NCBI RefSeq assembly: GCF_018977255.1
Contig: NW_024704742.1
Span: 113,648,001 to 113,712,000 of the forward strand
Origin: Callorhinchus milii
Lineage: Eukaryota
Direction: 5' to 3'
DNA: 64,000 nucleotides
Below, piece by piece: positions 49,441 to 62,832 of this stretch. Under the pieces are notes generated by a model, which made no database searches, was not told the origin of the DNA, and was given only the letters and a program-made list of their open reading frames with translations. Numbering within the stretch: the first letter of the stretch is position 1; each line of letters begins with the position of its first letter. The translations under genes and the position numbers were made by a program.

Positions 49441-50211
49441 ATTCTTAGATAGCCTTCTAAGGCTGCACACTGAGTACTAAAATGTAGTGCCATTGAAGGG
49501 ATTATTCTCACAAGTTCAATCAGCAACTCTGCTCTGAAGTTTGTCCTTTGGAACCATCAGGATCTCAGACAGAAAAAGAGAAATAAAAAATTGAGAATTT
49601 TGCCAATGTGGCACTTATTATGTAATCTTGTTGTTGTTGTTGTTGTTGTTGTTACGGCAGCTCTAAGAGGTTATCCAAAAAGAGAAATAGATAGAGTTAC
49701 ATGAGCAGGCTGCCTATGCTGCTTTGTAACTGCTGAGACATGAGCCATGGCAGGCAGATCTCGAGTTGAAAGGTATCAGTGAAGATTACCCAAAATAAAC
49801 AAAAGAGAATTTCATTGTGCCAGAGTTATTTTAACTAGTTTCACTGTTTCAACAAAAACTCTCTGAAGGCAGCAGCAATCTAGACTTTTAGTAAGTTATC
49901 CTTTTGTGCAATCAATAACATTTCACATCTGTGAGGCATTCCTTCAAATACAGATGGCACAAATTTCAATCAGACGTCTTGTTTTAAAAAAAGATCAAGA
50001 TACAGTCTGGTTACTGATGGGCTTCAAGCAATGTGAACATGAACTCCTCTTAAGAGATAATTTCTCAGTGATGCTCCACTGACAGGAGAACTCTTGGTAC
50101 AACCTGAAAGACTCTGAGACAAGTCTGGATAAATTGGACATGGTTTGCAGGGGGAACAGGTTTAATGAGATGGATGACCTTTTTAGATTCCATATTACAT
50201 GTTGCTACAAA

Positions 50212-50545
50212 GGCTAGAGCCAGTCGAGCAGAGGCAGCGGGTTGTGGGGTAAGCAGGTCAGAGAGGTAGGGAGGTGCCAGGGCATGAAGGGATGTGAAAA
50301 CGAATGTGAAGATCTTGAAATCAATCCGTTCAGCAATAGGGAGCCAATGGAGCCAGGCTAGAACTGGTGTGATGAGGGTACAGAGTTTAGTATGGGTGAA
50401 TATATGGGCAGTAGAGTTTTGGGTTAGCTGGATAGTGTGTATGATGGCGCTGGGGAGACTATTAAAAAGAGTATTTGAAAAGTCGAGTTGGGAGGTGACA
50501 AACACATGGATGAGTGTTTCGACTGCGTCTGGGATAAGGTATGAT
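50212..50545 (-). mobile_element. Old L2 ORF2 C-terminal fragment
   Basis: FVTSQLDFSNTLFNSLP...LHWLPIAERIDFKIFTFVFTSLHALAPPYLSDLL. Confidence 0.88.
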
Positions 50546-50879
50546 GGGAGGATAAAGAGGAAGAGAGTTGCCTTGGGCTCCAGGATATGAATAAATTCAA
50601 TTCTACGTCAATTTTATACCATTCGTCAGATCATTTCACATTTGATGCCAAATTTACCAACTTTGGTGATACAAGCTTACACAATGCAGCCCGTTACAAT
50701 GTGTTTTTTCAAGGAGACTGGGAACTCCATTCATGGTAAATGTGTGCATTAAAATGACCGAGTCCTGGATGATTAGGTCGTCACTGGCACCACTTTCTGA
50801 TGGCCTTGCTCTTCCAGCAATTAGTAATTTAATTACATTAAACATTTCCTATTATATTATACAGTAAACAATTGTGAGC

Positions 50880-51960
50880 AAGGTATGATTTCAAGAAGGT
50901 CGCGTGATTGCAGAGTTTATATATAAACTGCTCACGCTGGCTTCCTTCCAGCAATTCATATCACTTGAAGATCTCAAGAGGATGACAGTGTTGTAATCCG
51001 GATCCTATCAATTACTCTATTTAACCAACTGGCTGAATGTACAAGATGATTTTAAAACGTCGCTGCTTTATCACTGTGAATAGACTATCCAGATGTACAG
51101 ATTTTTTAAATTAAAAACGCTGCCTGTATTACATTGTTACTGTTCATTTCAGTTCATCTCTTTAAGTATTTACAAGTGGAGAAACACTCCCTCTTTCCTT
51201 CCCCCACTCAAATAATGGTGCCTGTCATGTTTCAAAGTTACACGCATCATATCTACAAAACAAATGACAACTATATCATTGCAATATCGTCAATATCATA
51301 GGCCTTTGGATTTATGTTAAATACAAATGTTATGTCAGCAACCAGTTAATTATCCTTCTGCAATCATTTTTCATGAAGTTATGTCAGTAGCAATTTTATT
51401 TTAGTGCAGTGGATACATTTTTACTTCAGCTTCTGATCGACTCTACAGTTCAATATCAGTCAAGAGGGGTATTTGTTCATAATTCATAGATGTGCTGACA
51501 TTCCTTAAAGTTCTTAAGATTGTAGTACATTCCATTTGGATTTCTTTTGAAGCATCTGATATTCTCTTTATCAGCACATCACAAAAGGCAGCTATCTCTT
51601 TCCATGAATTTGATTGTGGGATAATGATGAGAATGAATCTATGGAAATATTCTAAATCATCAGTACAAATAATTCCATGCGTCTCGCCCCACATGCTGGT
51701 CAGCAGTTGTCTTATGGTATGAATAGAAACATTCTTTGGTTTCCTTGGTGAGTTTGTTCAAACTACTTTAGTTATGATGATTCCACCCCAGGAGACTAGT
51801 GAACCCATTGCTAAACAATTTGTTCACCAGACAATTTTTCCCCTTCAAATCTGCTGTGTGCTCATCCACAGCCAAGGTAGTCAGCAGTGATCTCGCTTTC
51901 AGGATACCACTAACTATGTTCTGAGTAATGGGGATGGTCTACATGACTCGCAGTCCAATA
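50880..51960 (-). mobile_element. Highly decayed Penelope-like retroelement (RT plus GIY-YIG remnants)
   Basis: Across frameshifts and in the expected order: LAMGSLVS/SPGV..FEQ; FHRFI..HYPTIKFME; (LPF)xDVLIKR; NSNNVI; DLQV; QREQFIYKL. Confidence 0.6.
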
Positions 51961-54860
51961 ACCCCTTCTCAATGTGGATAAATGTCTGACTTCCATTTTT
52001 TTGTGAATTGTAATCTCAGCTCTCACTGGTTTTGGCAGTTAATTCATGTGCAATAACACTAAAATAACATTTTACAGTATATTCTGTGAAGCGCTTTGAG
52101 CCATCTGAATGACATGATAAGGTGCTATATTAAATGCAAGGATTACTATTATTATAATCTGCTTGAACTTCTCTCTTCTAGCCTTCAGCCTTCACCCCAG
52201 CATAACCCTGCAATTCACTGAGGTATATTCATCATCTTAAAATAAGCATATTCACAGTAATCTTTGCTCTGGTAACCAATGTCCATTTTTAGATATAATG
52301 AAAATGATGTAGCGGGAGCACTGGTGCAGGTCTTGTTCTTATTTTATTTTAAACTATTTAACTGGAATCTGAAGTTGCAGTTCCATTTCAAAAAGGTGTC
52401 AGTCAGGCATTTTGTGGGATAAGTGGCCAAAATATTCTGCATTGTGTTGTTTCTGTTTCTACACCACCATTGTATTTCCATGGTTTATACATGGTTTTGA
52501 TCATAGACCAAAACTCTGCCACTGTTAAGCACTCCAAGGCCTTACCGACGTGAAAGGCACTATATAAATGCAAATTTTGTTAAAACTCAGATGCCATGCC
52601 AATAATGTGATGTTATACAATACAACTTACCCTATATAGTGCCAGTCTTTCATGTCCAAAAGAATTTGACAATGTTGACCCAACATTCCTCTACACATCC
52701 AGTTCGATGCAGATCACAGAAAAGATATTCCACTCCTGCAAGATCATACAAATTTTCTTCTATTTTTATTCTATGGTAATGAGTAGCAGCAGGCATTTGT
52801 CTTGTGAAGCACTTTGAGACGTCCTCCCGAATGGGAAAGGTGCAATATCAAATGTTAGGATTTTTTATTATTTCAAAAAAAGTAAATCTATTTCAAAAGG
52901 AGTAACACTGGTTAAAAAATTGCCTCTGTGTCAACATGTATAACTCACATGGGCAATACACTAACAAAAGTCTCCCAAACAGTAGAATTCTTCAGATGCA
53001 GTACTTCCCAATCCCATTTATTATTATTAGTAGTAGAGTAATATCTGTCAATCATTACCAGAAAACTTGTCACTACCAGTTGAAAGTATATGGAAGATGT
53101 GACAAGAACCACGGGAAGTAAACATACAATCTGTAAAGGTAACACAAGGAAAGAGTCGTGAGGGCAATACATATCGTCTGGAGATCTGTTATCACCTCAG
53201 CTTCTTGTTAGGGCTTGAAATAGATAAAAGGCCCATGATTCAGAGAATCACTGGATAGGATCAGAGACAATGCTACGTTGCTTTTACACAATACTGTTTC
53301 CATAGATCAAAAGGGGTCACGAATCTCAACGATCTGCCAGATGAGGAACTGCTATATCTGACACTAACAAAGCATCCAGCACAGATCGTTTGCAGCCTCT
53401 TGGTATTTCTGTGAATAGCCTTTTTAAAACAAGAGTTGTAAATCTTTGTTTCTCTCTCTTTGGGAAATTTGTGTGGTCATCAAGATAACATACGTCAGTG
53501 TTGGGAAATGGAACACTTTTTGTATTTATGTCATTCTAGTCAGCAGCAAGCACTCCAGGATCTGATACTGATGAGGCAGATGCACAGTTATGCTATAATT
53601 CTAAAGTGTAGTTTAAAAAGAACGTACTTGGTCTCCTTTTCCATAAATTTCACCAAAGACCTAGCTCCTCATTAATTTTAAACTACCTGTTAACATTAAC
53701 TTTTTATGTTTGCTCCATTATTTGACCGCTTAGAGACGTCTCGAAAACATGATAAGGCACTATATCAAATACAAGGATTGTCGTATTATTGGCTGCTAAC
53801 AGAGACACACTTCCATTTTAGCACTTTTATACAGGCAGTTGGATTGTGCTAAAAGGCATTCTGCAGTCCTTCATGTTTTTATGACATGATGGATAATATC
53901 TGTCCAGCTCCCAAGAGCACACATGTAGTACCAAGTTATAGTAACTGAATAAAGATTAGACAAAATGATGATGTTTGGTTAACAGACTAATTAAAGAAAG
54001 ATTTAGTGCATTGCCAAGTACACAGAATAATGTGTACTTACTACAATATAAATTAAGAATATGCAATATTTATGATTTATTTAAATTATGATCTTGGGAG
54101 CACTCTTCTTCTCCCGCTCCCACATCTACACTGAGCCAGCCTTTGCATAATATTTGTCTCCTGCCGCAGGGAATTGGGAGAAGAATTATTTTCTAAGATC
54201 AGTCTGTCAACAGACCAACACAGCCACCAATGCGGAGATATGAATACATTTCAAGAGAATCTTTTTGACATACACAATCCCAGTGCTGGTTTGCTTCCCT
54301 CAAATGGATGCTCTCTCAGGGTGACAAAAGGAAACACAATACAATAGAAAAACAAAAAAGACTACAATTATACACAAGCTCAGTCACAATAAGTGACACA
54401 GCTGACTTCGTGAAAGTCAGTGCTGGAATATAACTGTTTTACTCTTTCGTGGGAAAATGACAAATTGTATGTTAAGATTTTCACCAAGATACAAGACACC
54501 ATTAGTTATTCAGGGGACAGGAGTGTCATGAATTATACTGCTATTCCACTTTCAGTCCTGCTGGCCATTTTGCCAGTGTAATATGCAACAAAATACTGGC
54601 CCTTAAATGTGTGTTAAAACTCCCAGTACACTCAAGTGTCTTACTTAGGGGGAAAAAGCCTTCTGTTGATTTATTGAACATGTCTTCCATTACTGGATTG
54701 CCCGTTAATGCCAAAAAATCAGAGGTGAGAAAGCAGTTATATTCTGGTAAATGCAGCTAGGTTTCAACCAAAGCATTGGCTGTTATGAAATGTGATTAAT
54801 GTAATTATTATAAAGACACCTGGAGCTCATTCCTAATACAGTAAACCTCACATAAGTCAT

Positions 54861-54967
54861 ATAATAATATAATAATAATAATCCTTGCATTTGATATGCC
54901 TGCTGGGAATCGAGCCCAGGTCTTTCACTTGCGAGGCGAGTGCTCTAACCACTGAACTACAGAACTC
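54861..54967 (-). mobile_element. Internally deleted SINE: tRNA head fused directly to the terminal tail
   Basis: On the + strand, (AAT)n-CCTTGCATTTGATAT joins GCCTGCTGGGAATCGAGCCC...AACCACTGAACTACAG at 54897/54898. Confidence 0.85.
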
Positions 54968-55404
54968 TGTATCAGTTAATATGGCTTAAATATGAGTTAT
55001 GTCAAGCTTGCATAGAATATAAACTCTTGACCGGCTTAGGCAATTATGATTCTTACGGATCAGACTATGCGAGTTTTACTCCATTCTGTTTTTAATATTT
55101 GGTAATAATATTTGGTGCTTTCTAATGGGAATCCTTAGTACGGAAATGTACAGCATGTCACATTGACACAGGAACTCTGCTCTGATGCAATCTACATTGG
55201 AAATGAGTTGCCAGGCAGGGGTCAGCGTGACACATTTCTAGTTACTAGAAGGAGTAGGACTTTTGATAGTGATCAGGAAGGATGCCTGGCTGATATTTCT
55301 AACACAAGGGTGCTGAGGCAGCTGCCCCAGCTGAGTTCAGTTAACTAAGAACAGATCCTGCGATCATCCATCTTTACTGCTACTCCAAGAGATTGTGCAC
55401 TTAC

Positions 55405-55428
55405 CTGCGAGGGAGGGAGGGGGGCAGT
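55405..55428 (-). CDS. Candidate 24-nt microexon (ACTGCCCCCCTCCCTCCCTCGCAG)
   Basis: Acceptor cttgttttttag, consensus donor CAG|GTAAGT, frame-preserving, no internal stops. Confidence 0.4.
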
Positions 55429-55434
55429 CTAAAA

Positions 55435-57056
55435 AACAAGATTACATTTGTATAGCGCCTTTCACGTCGGGAGGACGTCACAAGGCACTAGACAGCGTAC
55501 AGCATTTCAGACCCGAGCTGGGGTCAGGGGGGGAGAAGGGAGGGGAGGAGAAGGGGGATGGTCGATGGCATGGTTGAAGAAGAGGGTCTTGAGGCTAGAT
55601 TTGAAGGAGGCTAAGGAGGGAGCGAGGCGGAGTGACTGGGGGATGGAATTCCAGAGATTGGAGGCAGAGTGGCTGAAGGCTCTCCGCCAAAGGTGGGGCG
55701 GGTGGATCGGGGGACGTGGAGCAGGCCAGAGCCGGCTGAGCGGAGGGAACAGGCGGGTTGGTAGGGGGTTAGGAGGTTGCAGAGGTAGGGTGGGGCGAGG
55801 CCATGGAGGGCTTTGTATGTGACGACCGGGATCTTGAACTGGATCCTCTGAAGGATAGGGAGCCAGTGGAGTCGGGCGAGAGTGGGGGAGATGGGGTCTC
55901 AGAGTTTGGTGCGGGAGAGGACACGAGCTGCAGAGTTCTGGATTATCTGCAACCTGTGGAGGGAGGAGTTGGGAAGGCCGCATAGTCGGGCCTGGAGATG
56001 ATGAAGGCATGAACAAGAGTTTCAGCGCCTGAGGGGTGAGGTAGCGGCAGTCGGGCGATGTTACGGAGGTGAGGGAAGGCAGAGCTGGTCATGGCTTGAA
56101 TGTGCGGGAGAAAAGACAGTTGAGGGTCAAACAAGACACCTAGGTTCCTGTCTGGCTTGGTGAGTTGTAGTGTGCAACCATGGAGGTTGATGTTGATGTT
56201 CCCAGAGCCTGAGGTGCAGAGGCGCTGGCGTGAGCCAATCAGGAGGGCCTCAGTCTTGTTCACATTCAACTGTAGGAAATTTGCCCTCATCCAGGACTTG
56301 ATGTCCGACAGGCAGTCTGTCAGGACAGCAGTGGTCCTCGAGTTGAGAGAGTGGAGGCAGAAAGATAGAGTTGGGTGTCATCCGCATACATGTGGAAGTT
56401 GACCCCATGTCTGTGGATGATGTCACCAAAGGGTAGCATGTAGATATTAAAAAGAAGAGGTTCAAGGACAGAGCCCTGGGGGATGCCAGATGTGACAGTA
56501 CGGGGGCTGGAGGAGAAACCGTTAGAGGCAATGAAGTGAAGAGATAGGAATCGAACCAGGCAAGGGCAGATCTGTGAAGTGTGAGTAAAGCGGAGAGGCG
56601 GTGTATGAGGATGGAGTGGTCAACAGTGTCGAAGGCGGCAGAGAGGTCGAGGAGGACAAGGAGGCAGAGGGAGCTCCGATTACAGATGTTCAGAATGTCA
56701 TTAGTGACTTTGACCAGGGCTGGTTCCGTGCTGTGGGCAGCGCGGAAGCCGGATTGGAGGGTTTCAAAGAGGGAATGGCGAGAGAGAAAGGAGCGGAGCT
56801 GGGACGCGACGACTCGTTCCAGGACCTTCGAGAGGAATGGGAGGTTAGAGATGGGGCAGTAGCTGGAGAGGAAGGATGGATCCAGGGAAGGTTTTTTCAA
56901 GGTGGGGGTGATGACGGCTGTTTTTAGGGGGATGCGAACTAAACCGGTCGACAGGGAAAGGTTGATGACATCGGACAGGAGAGGGGCCAGAAGGTGGAGC
57001 TGGGAGATGAGGAGATAGGTGGGGATGGGATCGAGGGAGCAGGTGGTGGGTTTGAG
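55435..57056 (-). mobile_element. 5'-truncated young L2 (~1.6 kb) with RT; frameshifted
   Basis: [54 protein letters not shown]; same family as 3290-5793. Confidence 0.95.
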
Positions 57057-57584
57057 TGTTGCTTATAAAGTGTTGCTGAAGTTGTAAAACAACGAATTAT
57101 ATCCAGGAATATCAAATTGTCTATTTTTACAAATTAAAATTTTTGTACATGATCAGCTTCCTTGCTCCATTAATATCCACAAACATCCACTGCGCAGCAC
57201 ACCTAAATTCTACGTACAATTTTCCTATAAAATACACAGTCACTACACATTACTCCAAATCCTGTGATATGTTTTAACAATATGATAAGGTTCTATATCA
57301 AAGAGTGGAGGCAGCGAGCTGTCGGTTTGGGGGTTAAAAAGGTCAGCGAGATAGGGAGGTGCCAGGACATGAAGGAATTTGAAAACGGGAAATCGAGAAA
57401 ACAATAATACCAATTGCCTTGCTCAGTCTTCAATCATTGTACCTTTCTGCAACTTATTATTTTGACTTGATGTATAAGAATGTAAATCTTACAAAAATCA
57501 TAATGAGTAAGAATCTGAATCTTAATCTTGGGGTCATACGGAATGAGTAACCCAGTCAAATCTTACTTCCACTTATGGAACAGA

Positions 57585-57757
57585 CCCCCTGGGGAGAAGT
57601 GGAAGCAGAAAATGCTGCTCGTTTTAGAACAAATTAGGTAGATTTCTGCTAGAAAATAATATCTTGGGATACAGTATATAGTTTGGGACATGACATGTCA
57701 AGCGACAGCCAGGATGGTGGAAGGCGAACTAGATGGAACTTGGTCTTCTTTCACCTT
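57585..57757 (+). mobile_element. CR1-type 3' end
   Basis: GTGGAAGCAGAAAA..CCAGGATGGTGGAAGGCGAACTAGATGGAACTTGG. Confidence 0.65.
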
Positions 57758-58080
57758 AAGATGCATCATGACTAGCCAAGAGTAAATTAGTCCTTTACTA
57801 GCTTCCAACCAGATAGAATCTACGCTAGACTATTACGATTATCACTGAGTTTGCCTCGGTTTAAAATCTCATCTGAAGGACAGCACATCCAACAAAGAAG
57901 TACACACCCAGTACTGCACTGGAGTGTCAGCTTAGATCTTGTTAGTTCAATGTCACAACATGGGATCAGAGGTGAGAAGGCTACCAACTGTACCAGGTTT
58001 ATCCCAAAGACGAGCTCTCAACATATCATATACCCAGCCTATTGTAGAGGTGTATTCTTAAAAGCTTCAAATAATATGAC

Positions 58081-58372
58081 TAATAATAATAATCTTTGCA
58101 TTTGATATAGCACCTTATCATGTCTGCGAGACGTCTCAAAGCCCTTCACGAAATAAATTGTAAAGTGAATTGACTACATTTTGTGGGCGAAACGTGGCAG
58201 CCAATTGTGCCCAGCAGTGACCCACAAACAGTCGTGGATTGAGTGACCAAAATATTATTAATTAATTATTTTGAAAGGATTATTATCCCCGGAAAGTGAT
58301 CCACCAATCAACTAACAAATAGGTTCCTACTTACTGCTAGGTAAACAGAGATGAGTGGAGTAAGGAAACTTG
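58081..58372 (-). mobile_element. Long-variant SINE, 5'-truncated
   Basis: Contains the same extra block as 367-735 (CTCTGTTTACCTAGCAGTAAGT.GGAACC on the minus strand). Confidence 0.85.
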
Positions 58373-58779
58373 AAGACCGTCTCAAACTGAGGTGGTTTCT
58401 TGCACAATATTGATTTGCAGAATCCATTGCTCAGTCTTCATATTATTGGAAACATTAATATGAAGAGCCATATTATTTTGCTAGGGGCTTTTTTTAATTT
58501 GTTGAAAACCACTGCATCTTTTAGAGCTCACAGCTGGATCTAGCTTATAAGTATCAGAATCATGACAGGCTGCTGTAGTAGATTCATTTTAGCTCAGTTT
58601 ACTTACACAGAAACTGATACTATTTTAAACTGAGAAAACAATTCAATGAATGAATGGGAGATAATCAGGACATAGAGCAAACAAGATCATAGTACTTAAA
58701 GCAGAATATGTGGGATCGAAGGGAGATAGGCACGGTATGGATTTTAACATATAAATTTAAAATCTCTGTCCGAAACTCT

Positions 58780-58852
58780 GACTGTCCAGCGCCTTAGGAC
58801 GTCCTCCCATCGTGAAAGGCGCTATACAAATGTAATTTTGTTGTTGTTGTTG
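58780..58852 (+). mobile_element. Very short L2 tail
   Basis: AGCGCCTTAGGACGTCCTCCCATCGTGAAAGGCGCTATACAAATGTAA(TTG)n. Confidence 0.85.
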
Positions 58853-60524
58853 TAAATTGGTTTCCAGCTCAGGTTACGCTAGAGAAAAATTAACACTATT
58901 CAGAACAAAATCATCATTATGTATGGTCGCAAAATATTCAAAATATTAAAACTTTATAACTGACGGACTTATGAAGTCCTTTGTGAAGTCAGGCATTCTG
59001 GTAAAATTGGCAGTCTGTAAAATGCAGTTAAATGCCTCTAATGAACAGATTCAGTAATTTTACAGTCGTACAGTACAATGTACATTTATATAGAGTACTT
59101 CATGTTGGGAGGACAACTCAAAGTGTTTAAATGTTTTCATTATATAATAATAATCTTTGCATTTGATATAGCATCTCATCACGTCATTGAGACGTCTCAA
59201 AGTGCTTCACAGAATATACTGTAAAGTGAATTGACTGTATATCTTGTAGGCGAAACGTACATGGGCAGGACTGGGACCTCAGGCTGCTATTGGACTGCAC
59301 CCACCGGCTCTTACCACATCCACCTGGCTGACCTACAGCTCTAAGTGTAAACATTCACTGACTATCAGTTTAAAAGTTAACTTGGGGCTTTTTTTTAACA
59401 GTTGAGGATTATTTTGATAAGTATTTTCGAACGTTAGAAAATTGTGGAGGTCATTCTGTTTCAGGCACTTTCACAGAAAGACAATAAAACAATTGTTTAT
59501 TTTACAGGGCTAGTTCATTCATGAGTGGAAAGGTCTTGCAATTCCCAGAACTGGAGAAATCCTGTGATCCTGAAACCTGGAACTATGAAACGTGATAGAG
59601 CCACTGCAGTACATTATTTAGCAGACCCATTGCTAAATGAGCATGTGTGCTGAATTGCTGATCAATTCAGTACACATGCACTGTTCAAACGACAGGTTAC
59701 AATGTGCTAACTATTATAAATGTAATAGAAACATAGCTGCTCATTTCTGGAGGGGAAATAGTGCACTTATAAAGGCAATTCTAGCAAAATCAGTAACTGT
59801 ACCCAGCAGTGGAATTTCACTTCCAACAAGTATTGATATCATTCATCATTTATTGCCTAAGAGATAAGCACTCAAAACGTTCAAATACTAAAGGCACACA
59901 GCCATCATTTATTATTCAGTTGAAGCGCTTTGAGACATCTCAAAGACATGACAAGGCACTATATCAAATGCAAGGATTATTGTTATCAAAGACATTTATC
60001 TAACAAATGGTTGAAATAAATAAGAGCTACAAGGCTAACCAGCATGATGTTCTCATACATCTTATGGTATTTATTAAGCTGGAACCTCTCTATCTACAAC
60101 AACAACAACAAGATTCCATTTATAAAGCGCCTTTCACGTCAGGAGGACGTCCCATCTATCGGGGCTTTGGCTTGTAGAGCTGAGGATGGATGTGTATGAC
60201 ACACTAACTTATCAATATTGAAATCAAAGCGAGGTTAGAGTTAAGAATCATTTATTCCTGTCCTTTTGGAACACCATCCCCACCTTCCTTCATTTTACAG
60301 TAGCAAGCTGCTTCTTAAGTATGTTTAATGTCCTGTTTAACCATTCTTCCTGCTAACCTGTTTCAGCCGTTCATTTCCCGCTACATTGATAAATACTTCC
60401 CAGAGTTTGTCCAAAATTTGATTTCACAACTCTGACCAATTTTTCTGCTATTTTGGTATATCCTAATGCATTCTGTGTTTACTTTCTTGATCGCATTTGG
60501 ATCTATACCTCTGAAGGGTATTTA

Positions 60525-60692
60525 ACTACTGGAACAGGTTACCAGGAAGGGTGGTTGAGGTCAGTACCCTGGTCTCATTTCAAAAACACAGAGCTTGATG
60601 CTTTGACGGGAGGGTGGTAGGATGTAGTTCTGGAGGATTAAGATCAGATGGACCAAAGGGCCTTCTTCATCCAAACCAATCTTATGATCTTG
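60525..60692 (+). mobile_element. CR1-type 3' end
   Basis: TGGAACAGGTTACCAGGAAGGGTGGTTGAGG (WNRLPGRVVE) and GATGGACCAAAGGGCCTTCTTC..CTTATGATCTT. Confidence 0.7.
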
Positions 60693-60740
60693 TGAAGCCT
60701 CCAACTCAAATGTCTCTTTTTGAGGCTGAGAGCTTATCTT

Positions 60741-61056
60741 ATAATAATAATAATAATCCTTGCATTTGGATATAGCGCTATTTCACATCTTCTAGACGAC
60801 CTAAAGTGCTTCACAGAATATACTGTAAAGTGAATTGACTATATTTGTGGGCAAAATGCAGCAACCAATTGCGCACAGCAGCATCCCACAAACAGCTGTG
60901 AATTGAGTGGCCAAATTATTATTATTTTTTTTCTTGCGGGATTAACATCAGGCATGTGGAGTAAGAAAACGTGCCCAATTTTTCAGTCTGCTGGGAATCG
61001 AACCCAGGTCTCCCGCTTGCAAGGCAAGTGTTCTAACCACTGAGCTACAGGACTCC
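60741..61056 (-). mobile_element. Full-length young tRNA-Deu SINE
   Basis: Family match from head to tail. Confidence 0.9.
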
Positions 61057-62832
61057 ACGATCTTACAGGAGCTTATCTAAGAGTCCTTCATAATTTAACT
61101 TTCATAGTTTATCCCCTCTAACCCCAGGGATCAGCTTTGCAACAGAGTTTTCCAGAGCTTGTGACTCAGAACTCAAAGATTCAAGTGAATTACCATGATC
61201 TTTAGCATTAGGGAAGGATGTCTGGACTTTTCCTCATCATGGGTGAGATATCGTCTATCTTTGGGTGTGGCTCCTTGTGGAATCTTGCATGTCTGTGAAT
61301 CCAATGCCCTATTGCATCATTGCCAATCACTCCTCCCATAGAATAAATAGAGAATGTAAGGATGTGATTTATAAGGATAATACTGAGCAATTTTAAAGTG
61401 AAGGCAAACTTTAACATTTCATAATGTACAGATGCATTTTTAAAAGAATATTTTTCCTATTGCTGTATTAAGCAGTGAACAAACACACTAAACGTGGAAC
61501 AATTGGAAATAATATTGATGAAAGGAAAATTTAGATTATAATATTCAATCTGAATCATAATTCTCCTAAATTATACACTATGGAATATGGAACAATGGTA
61601 AATAAACTCATTCAAAACTTAATTTCTGCAGTAATTTGCAAATCTTTGGGACTTACACTTACTGGTTTGATGGTCTTGTCTGGCAAAACGTGGAACTGTT
61701 TTCTAATAGAATTATACAAAATAGAACCTATTCCTGCTCCACTGTGAATTAATAGGATTGACTATCTTCATGGAAGCTTCCCTTTCCCAGTGAGCTTGTG
61801 TCCTGCTTTGTTTTTGGTACAATACATGCAATTCTCCATTTGATTCGGAACCCCTTAAGCATAGTGATGGGTTTTTGCATTTGCCAAAAACAAATCTTTA
61901 GTTTTGTACTCTTTAATTCTTGCCCTCGTTATCTTCCGGTTTTCAATTCTGTCTATATTTTTTGTGGTGTCCTAATGTGAATAACTGACAGCACACTCAA
62001 CTATTGACCTCTCTTGGACTGATGCACTAATGGTAGCAATTTACCAACCATTCCCACCACATATCAGCCAACAGAAAAATCTTGTAACAATTACAGTATT
62101 CATACAGTAGTTTGAACACAAAGGCACGAGCATCTGTGGTATAACCCAACATACATTTGGGTAAATTAAACCACACGCAACACACACAAGTTATTTAACT
62201 TTGATAGACTTCGGCCACTTAATGTTTTCTTTGACAATCCATCAATTCCCAACATACATCCTCAATTTATATTTTATACCAGAGATTTTACTTGGAGATT
62301 TAAAGAAATCGAGAGATTTAAAGTAAAATCAAACAATAATTGCAAACCTGAGCAATCATATGAACTCTGAAGAATAGATTCCAATCCTAAACGTATTTCC
62401 AAGCTTGTGTGCATATATATATGGTGGGATTTCTGTCATTTTAATTACCTTGAGTGCCAATTAATTCTGCTCTGAATTTTTGACATGTGATAATATTCAG
62501 ACAATATTATTTATCTCACATAGTATAGGCTGACACCCCATTGAGGGTGTGCTGCATTGTTGGCAATAATAGTGCTTTGGTTGTTGACTGGGATTGAGTG
62601 AACTCAGTATTCCATTTATTATCTCATGTTTGTATCCAGGTAAATGCAAATGCTTCACAGAGATTTAAAACATACCAACATCTCCAACTCTGTACAAAAC
62701 TTTCTTAAAACGTTCAATATGTAGCTGAAACATCACATCAATGCAAATTGTTTTAGTATTATCTGCAACATTTGTTATCATTATAATAATCCTTGCATTT
62801 TATATAGCACCTTATCACATTGCAGAAATGTC

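Noticed and set aside
51443..51694. 83-aa ORF as a host exon
   Set aside because: No convincing splice sites; better explained as a Penelope-like RT remnant.
56250..56900. 216-aa ORF as a functional reverse transcriptase
   Set aside because: It frameshifts before YADD and lies in a 5'-truncated L2.
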